Source: a virus
Lineage: Duplodnaviria > Caudoviricetes
Direction: 5' to 3' (one strand)
Length of the DNA: 34,527 bases
IMG/VR virus record: IMGVR_UViG_3300020042_004530
Coordinates: 1-34,527 of that record
Shown here: in pieces, positions 16,175 through 25,311 of the stretch
Layout: the number at the start of each line of letters is the position of its first letter
Numbering within the stretch: the first letter of the stretch is position 1
Program-made: the position numbers and the translations under genes
Notes under the pieces: generated by a model
Database searches by the model: none
What the model was told of the DNA's origin: nothing
The model's input: the letters and a program-made list of their open reading frames with translations, nothing else

Positions 16175-17623
16175 ATGAAGTTATTTGGATTAGATATAAA
16201 GCGAATTGAAAAAGTTCCTTTACCAACCAATACAGCAACCCGACCTAGCGGTACAGCGCAAATGATACCAGTCAATACACAAGGTACAGTTTTCAACAAG
16301 GGAACAGTTACATGGCAAGGTGGTAACGCCGAAGAACAAGTAAAGCAAGGATATTCGGGCAATGATATTGTTTACTCTATTATCCGATTAATTACAGACA
16401 AGGTAAAACAAGCACCGTGGGGAGAATACAAGATTGTAGACGAAACAGAATACAAGCGTTTACAATCAGCAATAAAATCAAAGGATGTAACGATAAGCGG
16501 CAAGAAGTTGGCAGAAATGCACCTAAAGGCATTAGAACCCGTAAAGACGGGCGGCAGAATTACCGAACTATTGAAATACCCTAACCCCGTTGATAGTTGG
16601 GGTGATATTGTTGAAGCATACGCAGCGTTTAAACTTATTACGGGCAATGCTTATGTTTATGGTAAGCAGATACCGATGGGGGCGAATAAAGGGCAACCTT
16701 TGGAGTTATGGGTAATGCCATCGCAGTACATGAGTATCATTGCCGACCTGAATGTATTCCCGATACTACCAACGGGGTATCAATTATACTTGCAGTTTAT
16801 TCAACAGTTTAATAACCAAGAAATATTACACGATAAATACTTTAATCCCAACTGGAATATAGTTGGTAATCAGCTGTATGGCCTTTCCCCATTACAAGCG
16901 GCGGCAAAGGTATTAACAAGGTCAAATGAGGGCAAACAAGCGGCAGTAAGTAACTACCAAAACGGTGGCCCTAAAGGTATATTATTTGTTGCGGATGATA
17001 GGTATGACCCGAACATGTCAGTACAAGAAGCGGTTGACATTAAGAAAACATTAGCCCGTAATCAAGGCTCATTGAACGTAAACCAAGTGGAAACAAGCGG
17101 TTACAAAGTTGACTATGTTCCGTTAGGACTTAGCCCCGTTGACTTAGACTTATTGAACGCCGAAAACATGGACTTACGTGCTTTGTGTAATGTGTACGGA
17201 GTACCATCGCAGCTACTAAACGACCCTGATAATAAAACATTCAGTAATACTAAAGAGGGTGAGAAAGCATTAACCGTTCGTTGTGCACTTCCTATGTTGG
17301 CTTCAATACGGGATCAATTCAACCGTAAGTTTATGAAAGATTGGGGCAACCAAAAGACGGTTATTGATTTTGATATTACAGTGTTCCAAGAACTGCAAGA
17401 AGATAAGGAAATGCAGGTACGTTGGTTGAAAGATGCACCGATAAAGACGGGCAGAAAACTAGAGATACTAGGAGAATCAACAGAAGGGTACAGTACCGAG
17501 CAATTAGACTCTATCATTATCGGTAGTGGCTCAACAACCTTAGACGAAGTAATTACACCCGCACCGATTAATATTCCTAACGGACTGAATGACTATGACC
17601 AACCAACAGAAGCGATTTCTTAA
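16175..17623 (+). CDS. HK97-family portal protein
   Basis: LLKYPNP, GNAYVY, YGLSPLQAA, LCNVYGVPSQLL. Confidence 0.93.
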   Translation: MKLFGLDIKRIEKVPLPTNTATRPSGTAQMIPVNTQGTVFNKGTVTWQGGNAEEQVKQGYSGNDIVYSIIRLITDKVKQAPWGEYKIVDETEYKRLQSAIKSKDVTISGKKLAEMHLKALEPVKTGGRITELLKYPNPVDSWGDIVEAYAAFKLITGNAYVYGKQIPMGANKGQPLELWVMPSQYMSIIADLNVFPILPTGYQLYLQFIQQFNNQEILHDKYFNPNWNIVGNQLYGLSPLQAAAKVLTRSNEGKQAAVSNYQNGGPKGILFVADDRYDPNMSVQEAVDIKKTLARNQGSLNVNQVETSGYKVDYVPLGLSPVDLDLLNAENMDLRALCNVYGVPSQLLNDPDNKTFSNTKEGEKALTVRCALPMLASIRDQFNRKFMKDWGNQKTVIDFDITVFQELQEDKEMQVRWLKDAPIKTGRKLEILGESTEGYSTEQLDSIIIGSGSTTLDEVITPAPINIPNGLNDYDQPTEAIS

Positions 17624-18491
17624 ACTAATTACTGCCGTACAAGATAAGTATCGTGAGGCGGTTTATCGTGCCATTCGTGACCAAATAAACTACTTTGCCG
17701 ATAATTATGCCAACGGCATAACAGTAACCGATTTGCCTAAATTACCGTTAATCAAAGCACTACGCAAGATATATGAAGATGCGGGGGTGCAAAACGCTGT
17801 TTATGTTCGCCAACAAATACGCCGTACATTACGCAAGGGGTTTGACAGTCCAACAGAGAAGCTACAATGGATGGTTAACGAGTATTACAGACAGAATTTG
17901 CTTAGTCAAGCCGTTACACCGATAACTAATACAACACGCAAACAGATTGAGCAAGTACTACAACAAGCCAACGCAGAGGGTTGGGGTATAAAGAAAACCG
18001 TACAAGCGTTAAAGAAAACAGATATAACACGAGCAAGGGCTGAATTGATTGTTAGAACCGAAACAATGAAAGCGGCCAATGCGGGAGCGATGCTTTCGGC
18101 GGCTGAATTAGATATAGCGGTCAATAAGAAATGGATAAGTGCCAACGATAACAGAACCCGCCGCATTCCACGTGACCAATACGACCACTTACACATGAAC
18201 GGGCGTGAAGTTGGATATAATGAGGGGTTTGTAGTTCCATCCACTAAGACGATTGATTTAATGCAATACCCAGGAGACCCGACCGCTTCAGCGGGTAATG
18301 TTTGCAATTGCCGTTGCACCGTTGCATTTGTTCCCTTGCGTGATGCACTAGGGCAACCGATACCGATGAGTAGGGTTGCACCACAAGCGGGTAATCAGTT
18401 CCTACGAATAGCCACGTTAGCTGCATCGTTTAGTATTAGCAATATGCTGATAAGCGAACTAATTAGCAGCATTGAAAACGACAATTTTTAA
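17589..18491 (+). CDS. Minor head protein (Mu gpF / SPP1 gp7-like)
   Basis: RAELIVRTET, KKWIS..DNRTR, YPGDP, NCRC. Confidence 0.88.
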   Translation: MTMTNQQKRFLKLITAVQDKYREAVYRAIRDQINYFADNYANGITVTDLPKLPLIKALRKIYEDAGVQNAVYVRQQIRRTLRKGFDSPTEKLQWMVNEYYRQNLLSQAVTPITNTTRKQIEQVLQQANAEGWGIKKTVQALKKTDITRARAELIVRTETMKAANAGAMLSAAELDIAVNKKWISANDNRTRRIPRDQYDHLHMNGREVGYNEGFVVPSTKTIDLMQYPGDPTASAGNVCNCRCTVAFVPLRDALGQPIPMSRVAPQAGNQFLRIATLAASFSISNMLISELISSIENDNF

Positions 18492-18511
18492 ATGATTAAT
18501 TTTGTAATACA

Positions 18512-19231
18512 ATGAGCAAATACATTACTAAGGGATATAACGACAATGTGATGGATATTGACGGCGAAAAAAGAACCGTTAAAGCCGTTGTTGCTAGATT
18601 TAATAATGTTGATTTAGATAATGATATTATTGTTCCTGAAGCCGTAAGTAAGACTATTCGTGAGCGTGGCCCACAAGGAAGTAAACAGATATTAGCATTA
18701 ATAGACCACAAGGCAGACCTTGAACATACAATCGGAAAGCCTAAAGAGTTATATGTTGAGGGTGATATGCTTATAGCAATTACCCCAATAGTTGAAACTA
18801 AAGCTGGTGAGGATGTTATAAAACTATACGAAGCGGGAGTAATTAACGAACATTCAATCGGGTTTTCTACTATCCTAAGTACAATGAAGGATGAAGTTAG
18901 AGTAATCAAAGAATTAAAGTTGTATGAATATTCTTGCGTTGTTTGGGGTGCTAACCCTGAAACACCAACATTGGGTATAAAGGGAGAGTTCAAAGAAACA
19001 CCCGAAACACTTGTTAAGCGATTGGAGAAACTATCAGCCGCTTTCAAGAATGGAACATTTACCGATGAAACATTCGGACTTATGGAAATTGAAATTAAAC
19101 AGATACAAGCTAAAATACTTGAATTAAGCACTCCACCCGCTATTATAGCAGTAGAGCCGCAAGTAAAGAACGATGCACTTGTAGAGCTGTTTAGAAATAC
19201 AAACACTAACCTTAAAAACTTACTAAAATGA
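18512..19231 (+). CDS. HK97-family prohead protease
   Basis: NNVDLDNDII, LIDH, EHSIGF, LYEYSCVVWGAN; -7 box TAATTTTG at 18497. Confidence 0.93.
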   Translation: MSKYITKGYNDNVMDIDGEKRTVKAVVARFNNVDLDNDIIVPEAVSKTIRERGPQGSKQILALIDHKADLEHTIGKPKELYVEGDMLIAITPIVETKAGEDVIKLYEAGVINEHSIGFSTILSTMKDEVRVIKELKLYEYSCVVWGANPETPTLGIKGEFKETPETLVKRLEKLSAAFKNGTFTDETFGLMEIEIKQIQAKILELSTPPAIIAVEPQVKNDALVELFRNTNTNLKNLLK

Positions 19232-20427
19232 GTGAAGTAAATAAAGAGTTGGAAGTTGAAATTAAACAACTATCCACTATTGTTGCTGATGCTGTAAACA
19301 AAGCAGAAGCCAAGAGCAAAGAAACAACCGCTGCAATGGAAGCTAAGATGGCTGAATTAGCGGAAACAATCAAACAAGGTTCTGCAACTGAAATAGCAGA
19401 AGCTAAACAAGCGTTACAAGCGCAGTACGATGAGTTCGTAACTAAGGGTAAGAAATCAGAAGTAAGCGAAGCTAAGTCTTTGAATCAAGGAATTAACGAG
19501 GTTCTTAAGAACTACAAGTTTGGTGCTGAAGGTGTAGATAACGAATTAATTGAAGACCTACGTTCTGGTAAGAGAATCAAATTACATTTGCCTGAAGTTA
19601 AAAGCATTTTTACAGATGCTGAAGCAAAAGCAATGGGATTGACCAATAACCTTAGCGGTGATCCAGTAGCTTCTTACGGCCCTCGTCAAGCTATCTTACC
19701 TTCACAGAAAGTGAACTTTCGTGATTTAGTTCCTACCTTGAACACCGAAACTGGTTTGTATGTATTCTACAAGGAAACCGCAACTGGCAACAACATTGCT
19801 GTTCAGTCTGAAGGTTCAACCAAAGGCGAAAACACTTACGCATTAAGCGAAACCAAAGTAGTTCAGCAATACATTGCGGGTTTTGTAAACTTTACCAAGC
19901 AAATGGCAACATCATTGCCTTGGTTACAAGGTACTTTACCAAGAATGTTGATGAGAGATTACTACAAGAAAGAGAACGCATTGTTCTATTCTTCTGTAAC
20001 TGGTTCTGCTACTCCTGATACTTCTGCAGAAACCGATAACGTTAAGAAGTTAATTGACTTCATTACCGCACAGCAAGACCTTAACTACGACGTTTCTTCT
20101 ATCATCGTTTCTCACGCTGATATGGGTAACTTGGTTAAGTCTACTTACACTAACGGATACTATGCGGGTGCGGGATTGGTACAGTTACCAGGTCAAGGCA
20201 TCACTATCATGGGTGTTCCAGTAGTTGCTGCTTCTTGGGCTACAAGCGGTCAAGCGTTGTTAATTGATAACGACTTCATTGAGCGTGTACAAGTTAAAGG
20301 CTTGGCGATTGAGTTAAGCTACGAAAATGGCACTAACTTTGAGAAAAACCAAGTTACTGCACGTATTGAGTGCCAAACTGAAATCAACTTAATGTTAGCT
20401 GCTTCTGCTTCATTGGGTACTCTATAG
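19228..20427 (+). CDS. HK97-fold major capsid protein
   Basis: N-terminal coiled-coil delta domain, EGSTK, IMGVPVV, NFEKNQVTARIE; follows the protease. Confidence 0.92.
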   Translation: MSEVNKELEVEIKQLSTIVADAVNKAEAKSKETTAAMEAKMAELAETIKQGSATEIAEAKQALQAQYDEFVTKGKKSEVSEAKSLNQGINEVLKNYKFGAEGVDNELIEDLRSGKRIKLHLPEVKSIFTDAEAKAMGLTNNLSGDPVASYGPRQAILPSQKVNFRDLVPTLNTETGLYVFYKETATGNNIAVQSEGSTKGENTYALSETKVVQQYIAGFVNFTKQMATSLPWLQGTLPRMLMRDYYKKENALFYSSVTGSATPDTSAETDNVKKLIDFITAQQDLNYDVSSIIVSHADMGNLVKSTYTNGYYAGAGLVQLPGQGITIMGVPVVAASWATSGQALLIDNDFIERVQVKGLAIELSYENGTNFEKNQVTARIECQTEINLMLAASASLGTL

Positions 20428-20449
20428 TATTTAGTTTGAATGATCATAG

Positions 20450-20482
20450 ACAGCCTCCTTAATTGGGGGCTGTTTTGTTTTT
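20450..20482 (+). terminator. Intrinsic terminator after the major capsid gene
   Basis: ACAGCCTCC-ttaatt-GGGGGCTGT plus T tract. Confidence 0.85.
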
Positions 20483-20547
20483 AAGGAAAATTTAATTTGG
20501 TGGTTTGGAATTAAACTATGTATATTTACATAACAAAACAAAACATC

Positions 20548-20631
20548 ATGAAAACTCAAACACAACCCATTGAAATCGTAGCCTTAGTATTTTTCTTATT
20601 GACAGTTGCTCTAATAGTGGTTAATATCTAA
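20548..20631 (+). CDS. 27-aa single-TM moron peptide (not in ORF track)
   Basis: MKTQTQPIEIVALVFFLLTVALIVVNI; own promoter TTTG(20496)-N21-TATATTTA(20521), A-rich leader and terminator. Confidence 0.7.
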   Translation: MKTQTQPIEIVALVFFLLTVALIVVNI

Positions 20632-20650
20632 TACTGTCCCATTAGTTTAG

Positions 20651-20684
20651 GCGGCCTCTAAGAAATTGGGGGCTGTTTTGTTTT
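20651..20684 (+). terminator. Intrinsic terminator; its last 21 bp duplicate 20461-20481
   Basis: GCGGCCTCT-aagaaatt-GGGGGCTGT plus T tract. Confidence 0.8.
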
Positions 20685-20709
20685 CGTACCTTTGTATAAA
20701 TTTAATACA

Positions 20710-21906
20710 ATGGCGAACCCTAAAGGTTTTAATGAAATTAGCGAAGATAATAGGCTACCCGTAACTGATGCGGGAACGGGCGTAGTTGATGCAGATAATA
20801 GCACAGCAACACCTTTAAATGCGGGTGCGGTCTATACTGGAACATGGGAAGATATTACGGAATTTGCATCTATTGTAATTGCGGTTGCAACGGATCAAAA
20901 CGGTACGTACACCATTCAATTCTCAACCGATGGCACAAACGTAGATAGTACCCTTACAAGATACTACCGTACTAATCAAATAAACGTGCCGCATAGGTTT
21001 ACAACTACTCGTAAGTATATGCGGGTTACGTTTACCAATACAAGCGCATCCAACCAAACGTATTTAAGGCTGCAAGTAATGAAAGGCAATCAAGGCGATT
21101 TGAATATCCCTATTGATTCCGTTATGGCACAAGATTACGATGCAGTAGCGGTAAGACCTACTGATTACCATTACGAAGTAGCGTTAAGCCGTAGACAAGG
21201 CAATACTACTTGGAATAAATTCGGGTATAATACAGATATTGATGTAGGCACAGAAACCATTTGGAGTGCGGGGGGAACGTTTAGTAAAATGACTGCTGCC
21301 GCTACGCTATCGGTAGTATCAACATCTTTAGATGATGATGCTGGGGGAACGGGTGCAAACTCTGTTATCATTTACGGTGTAGATGGTAATTGGGATACTC
21401 AAATAGAAGTAGTTACGTTAAACGGTACTACTCCCGTAATTACAGCGGGAACGTGGTTAGGTGTCAATAGAATGGCAATTTATTTAGCGGGAACTAATGA
21501 AGCCAATGTAGGGAATATTAGTGCTACCGCTACGGGCGGCGGTTCAACATTACAAGCTATAATGCCAACGGGCGAAGGAACAACTCAACAATCATTTTAT
21601 TTTGTTGCTAATAACCATACATTCTTAGCCGACTTTTTATTACTTTCAGCCGAAAAGACGGGCGGCGGTTCAACACCAAAGGTAAGGTTTAAGGGTTGGG
21701 TTTTTAGCGATGTGGCTAATGCAAAGTATTTAGTATTAAATGAATTAATTGATACTTCTTCTGTGAATAACTTACAAATAACACCATCACAGCCGTTTAT
21801 AGTAGCTGAAAAGAGTTTATTATTCTTTGAAGCCACAACCGATGTAGCCGATACTTTTGCTTCGTGTAGGTTTAGCGGAATATTAATTAGGGATGTTGAT
21901 GCATAA
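20710..21906 (+). CDS. Thr/Gly-rich beta-structured virion protein (head decoration or fibre candidate)
   Basis: About 398 aa after the capsid gene; -7 box TACCTTTG at 20687; composition typical of structural proteins. Confidence 0.6.
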   Translation: MANPKGFNEISEDNRLPVTDAGTGVVDADNSTATPLNAGAVYTGTWEDITEFASIVIAVATDQNGTYTIQFSTDGTNVDSTLTRYYRTNQINVPHRFTTTRKYMRVTFTNTSASNQTYLRLQVMKGNQGDLNIPIDSVMAQDYDAVAVRPTDYHYEVALSRRQGNTTWNKFGYNTDIDVGTETIWSAGGTFSKMTAAATLSVVSTSLDDDAGGTGANSVIIYGVDGNWDTQIEVVTLNGTTPVITAGTWLGVNRMAIYLAGTNEANVGNISATATGGGSTLQAIMPTGEGTTQQSFYFVANNHTFLADFLLLSAEKTGGGSTPKVRFKGWVFSDVANAKYLVLNELIDTSSVNNLQITPSQPFIVAEKSLLFFEATTDVADTFASCRFSGILIRDVDA

Positions 21907-21911
21907 AGTTG

Positions 21912-21981
21912 TATCTTCGTAATTCTCATAGCGATCATGTTTTTTTGTTTTCCCCTTGACCTTGTAGGTTGAGGGGTTTTT
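21912..21981 (+). ncRNA. Candidate ~60-nt sRNA unit (promoter, CAU plus U-rich segment, terminator)
   Basis: TATCTTCG at 21912; TCATGTTTTTTTGTTTT; hairpin CCCCTTGACCT-tgt-AGGTTGAGGGG-TTTTT. Confidence 0.45.
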
Positions 21982-22025
21982 GTTTATATGGAATAAAGTT
22001 ATTACTTTGCGTAAAACATTAAAAT

Positions 22026-22439
22026 ATGATAAACTACAAAGAACTACGCATTGGTAATTGGATTAGGAAGTCAAAACGTAATGATGGCGTTTGGTGCAAT
22101 GAAGAAGATTTACAAGTAAAGAACATTAGCGAGAAAGGGTTAAACCTTTGGAACGCAGATAATCCGTTAATCTACGAATGGCAATGGTTTGAGCCAATAC
22201 CATTGACAAAAGAAATATTAGAGAAGTGTGGCATAAGTATTGAAAAAGTCAGAATTAACGATGAATTTCATCAATCGCATTATGATTATTTTAGAATTGA
22301 TGACATCAAGTTCATATTTAAAAATAATAGCGTTATGATTGACAATATTAATTGCGAGTGGGTAGATTCGTTGCATCAATTACAAAACTTACACTTTACC
22401 CTTACTGGCGAAGAACTTGAATACACCCCATGCAAATAG
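22026..22439 (+). CDS. Hypothetical protein of a type I recall from Bacteroidota phages
   Basis: ELRIGNW...PIPLTKEILEKCG...LHQLQNL..LTGEEL; promoter TTTG(21979)-N19-TTACTTTG(22002). Confidence 0.75.
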   Translation: MINYKELRIGNWIRKSKRNDGVWCNEEDLQVKNISEKGLNLWNADNPLIYEWQWFEPIPLTKEILEKCGISIEKVRINDEFHQSHYDYFRIDDIKFIFKNNSVMIDNINCEWVDSLHQLQNLHFTLTGEELEYTPCK

Positions 22440-23413
22440 TATTCTACTGCCCTCACTACAAGCCGACACATAACAAAGGCGATACGGCTATGTTGCATAC
22501 CATTGTAACCTATTTACAGAGTGAACACGAATGTATTGTAGTTTGTAAGAACGCACCAACAGAATACGAATTTGAGGGCGTTAAAGTTATTCCACGATGC
22601 AGCAGTTTACTAAGGACAGCCGAATTAGTTATCTGTCAGCTTGATGTAGTTAAGGAAGCGTTAATATTACGAGGGAATAAGCCATTAATTTGGATAATGC
22701 ACAACACATTCGCATATCCAACCGTACAAGAGAACGTACAAATCGGTGTAGTTTACAATTCGCAAACTGCAAAGGATATGAAAGGATGGCAAAACGATGG
22801 CTTTGTACTTACACCACCGATTGATTACGATTACTACAACGGATCAACGGGGGAATACATTACGCTCATAAACTGCAATGAAAATAAAGGCGGTAAGATA
22901 TTTCATGAGATAGCGAAGCGAATGCCTAACCAAAAGTTCCTGCAAGTTCTAGGTAGTTACGGTACGCAGTACATTAGCACCGATGATACGCAGCCAGTAA
23001 TAAACATGGATAATTACGCCGTAAGATACGGCTTAGGGGCTTTGCCGAATGTAACGGTAATGGAAAACACAACGGATATTCGTGAGGTCTACAAGCTAAC
23101 TAAAATACTGTTAATGCCATCCGATTACGAGAGTTGGGGCATGGTTGCAACCGAAGCAATGTGTAGTGGTATTCCAGTCATTGCAGCCCCTACATTTGGG
23201 TTAAAAGAGAACTTAGGAATTAACGGTATCTTTGTACAACGTAACGACATAGAATCGTGGATAATGGAGATAGAGAAATTACAAGGTAAGAAAGAATACA
23301 GCGAAGCATCCGATCGTGCTAGGAAACGAGCAAAGGAACTTTCCGACCCTACCAAGTTGGAACGGTTCGCACAATGGATAAAGAAATTTGTAGATAAGCA
23401 TAAACATAAATAA
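22430..23413 (+). CDS. Glycosyltransferase family 4 (GT-B)
   Basis: NKGG; LMPSDYESWGMVATEAMCSGIPVIA (EX7E motif). Confidence 0.93.
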   Translation: MQIVFYCPHYKPTHNKGDTAMLHTIVTYLQSEHECIVVCKNAPTEYEFEGVKVIPRCSSLLRTAELVICQLDVVKEALILRGNKPLIWIMHNTFAYPTVQENVQIGVVYNSQTAKDMKGWQNDGFVLTPPIDYDYYNGSTGEYITLINCNENKGGKIFHEIAKRMPNQKFLQVLGSYGTQYISTDDTQPVINMDNYAVRYGLGALPNVTVMENTTDIREVYKLTKILLMPSDYESWGMVATEAMCSGIPVIAAPTFGLKENLGINGIFVQRNDIESWIMEIEKLQGKKEYSEASDRARKRAKELSDPTKLERFAQWIKKFVDKHKHK

Positions 23414-23928
23414 TGGCATACAACATTGTACTAGATTATACCAACACCGAAGTAGGCTACATAAACGGCCCTATTACCGTTGCACAAGCTAAAGCCTATT
23501 GTCGGGCTGAAAATACATCAACCGAACAAGATACCTTATTTGCGTTGTGGATACGAGCAGCACGTACCAAGATTGAACAATATACGGGGCTTTCACTTAT
23601 CCCACGCAATATCGTTGCCATACTTACCAACCCACAAGGTAATATGGAGTTACCGTTTGGCCCAGTAACGGGTACACCGACCTTTGTAGATACCGAAGGC
23701 GTAGCGCAAGAGATTACAACAAGAGGTTTAGACTTCTTGTACATTCCCCAACCCGTAATATACACCAAAGCGACCTATACAGCGGGTTATGCGGATGGGG
23801 AGTGTCCTGAAGAATTACAGATAGCGATAATGATGCAAGTATGCTTTTGGTGGGAGAATCGTGGCGACCAACCCAGCAATGCCTATGCCCCTGGGGTTAT
23901 AGCGATTTGTCAAAAATGGAAAAGATAG
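23413..23928 (+). CDS. Head-tail connector (HK97 gp6-like)
   Basis: PITVAQAKAYCR, AARTKIEQYTG, YTAGY, WENRG. Confidence 0.88.
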   Translation: MAYNIVLDYTNTEVGYINGPITVAQAKAYCRAENTSTEQDTLFALWIRAARTKIEQYTGLSLIPRNIVAILTNPQGNMELPFGPVTGTPTFVDTEGVAQEITTRGLDFLYIPQPVIYTKATYTAGYADGECPEELQIAIMMQVCFWWENRGDQPSNAYAPGVIAICQKWKR

Positions 23929-23929
23929 T

Positions 23930-24280
23930 ATGAAGAAATACCACAGACAAAATAATATTAATGCGGGAAACCTTAAAGACCGCTTAACGCTACAACAACC
24001 AACGTACACAAGCGATGGTAGGGGTGGGCGTACTACTTCGTGGGGCAATGATTACACCGTATGGTGTCAGGCAAACCCGAATAGAGGAAGCAGGGAATTG
24101 GAACAAGCGGCGGTTAAGTTTACCCAACCAATTCAGTTCATTATTCGTGTACAAGAAATACCTTTAGCGCAAGATTGGCGTATTGTATTCAATGGTAAAA
24201 CATATTTGATTCACAGCGTACACGATATAGACCAACGGTATGAATATTGGCAAATAACGGCTTATAGTGATGCGTTATGA
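23930..24280 (+). CDS. Head closure / head-tail adaptor (SPP1 gp16-like)
   Basis: AGNLKDRLTLQ, DGRGG, RIVFNGKTYLI. Confidence 0.88.
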   Translation: MKKYHRQNNINAGNLKDRLTLQQPTYTSDGRGGRTTSWGNDYTVWCQANPNRGSRELEQAAVKFTQPIQFIIRVQEIPLAQDWRIVFNGKTYLIHSVHDIDQRYEYWQITAYSDAL

Positions 24281-24792
24281 TAAGTTTAGACTTAAAGGGA
24301 TTAAAGGGGCTACAAAAGGCTATAAAGGACAAAGAAAGTGCTTTAACTAAAGGTATTGATGCACAGATGGCTGCAACGGTATCAGATATAAACGCCGCAC
24401 AACAAGCCTTAGTTCCAGTTGACTTTGGTACGCTTAAATCTTCGTTAAGGTTTACACGCAATACTGCTTTAGATTATACCATAGCTTCAAGTGGTGCGGG
24501 GTCTGAATATGCACCGTTTCAGGAGTTTGGAACGGGAACAAAGGTTAGTATACCGAGTGGGCTAGAAAGTGAAGCGGCTAAGTTTAAAGGCGGTAGTGGT
24601 GGCACGTTTAAGCAGTTTGTGGAAAGCATGAAAGAATGGTGTAAAAAGAAAGGCATACCCGAATCAGCCGCTTACCCAATGGCAGTAAAGATTATAAAGA
24701 ACGGAATAAGACCTCAACCGTTCTTCTACGCACCCGCTTTTAAAGAGTTTAGGGAGTTGAAGAAACGGATAGAGCAACTACTTGCAAAATAA
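24277..24792 (+). CDS. HK97 gp10-like tail completion protein
   Basis: PVDFGTLKSS, YAPFQEFGT, PQPFFYA. Confidence 0.88.
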   Translation: MISLDLKGLKGLQKAIKDKESALTKGIDAQMAATVSDINAAQQALVPVDFGTLKSSLRFTRNTALDYTIASSGAGSEYAPFQEFGTGTKVSIPSGLESEAAKFKGGSGGTFKQFVESMKEWCKKKGIPESAAYPMAVKIIKNGIRPQPFFYAPAFKEFRELKKRIEQLLAK

Positions 24793-24846
24793 TATTTGGG
24801 TTGTATTGTATAGGGTATTACCTTAGCCTAAACAAAACAATAAAAT

Positions 24847-25305
24847 ATGATACCTATTCAATTAAATTATGATGGGCTACTAGGTAAATGCACCATTAAG
24901 ACTGAACTTTACTCAATACCACTTAAAGGTGATTGTGTTGAATTTATGTTCAATAATGAGTTTCTTTGTATTGCATCTGTTTACCAAATAAGCCATTTGA
25001 TAATGCCCGATTGTTGTTCTGTTGTGTTGTTTATTACAGATAAAAAGCAAGAAGAAAATTTATTAGGTTGTATTGTTGATAATAAGAAAATGACAGATTT
25101 AGCTCTTAATTATAGGGCAGGAGGCTGTTTAAAAAGATATTTTTTATGGGAAATAAATGATGATAGGTATTTTGAAGAAATTCCTTTATCTGATTGGCAA
25201 AAGGTAAGGATTTCACGTTTACGAAGAGTTAGGGGGCTTGGTAAAAAAAGTTTAGATGAAATAATTGAAGCGTTTGCTGAATATGGTATAATTTTAAACA
25301 ATTAA
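24847..25305 (+). CDS. Moron protein with a C-terminal RNA polymerase alpha-CTD-like domain
   Basis: DLALNYRAGGCLK...RGLGKKSLDEIIEAF resembles RpoA DLELTVRSANCLK...NLGKKSLTEI; own promoter at 24795-24826. Confidence 0.7.
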   Translation: MIPIQLNYDGLLGKCTIKTELYSIPLKGDCVEFMFNNEFLCIASVYQISHLIMPDCCSVVLFITDKKQEENLLGCIVDNKKMTDLALNYRAGGCLKRYFLWEINDDRYFEEIPLSDWQKVRISRLRRVRGLGKKSLDEIIEAFAEYGIILNN

Positions 25306-25311
25306 CCTTAT

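Noticed and set aside
18496-19269. 257-aa minus-strand ORF
   Set aside because: Antisense to the well-supported prohead protease; Ser/Ile-rich shadow composition.
21597-21938. 113-aa minus-strand ORF with a good A-rich start context
   Set aside because: Almost entirely antisense to a structural gene with shadow-like composition; kept only as the alternative to the sRNA hypothesis.
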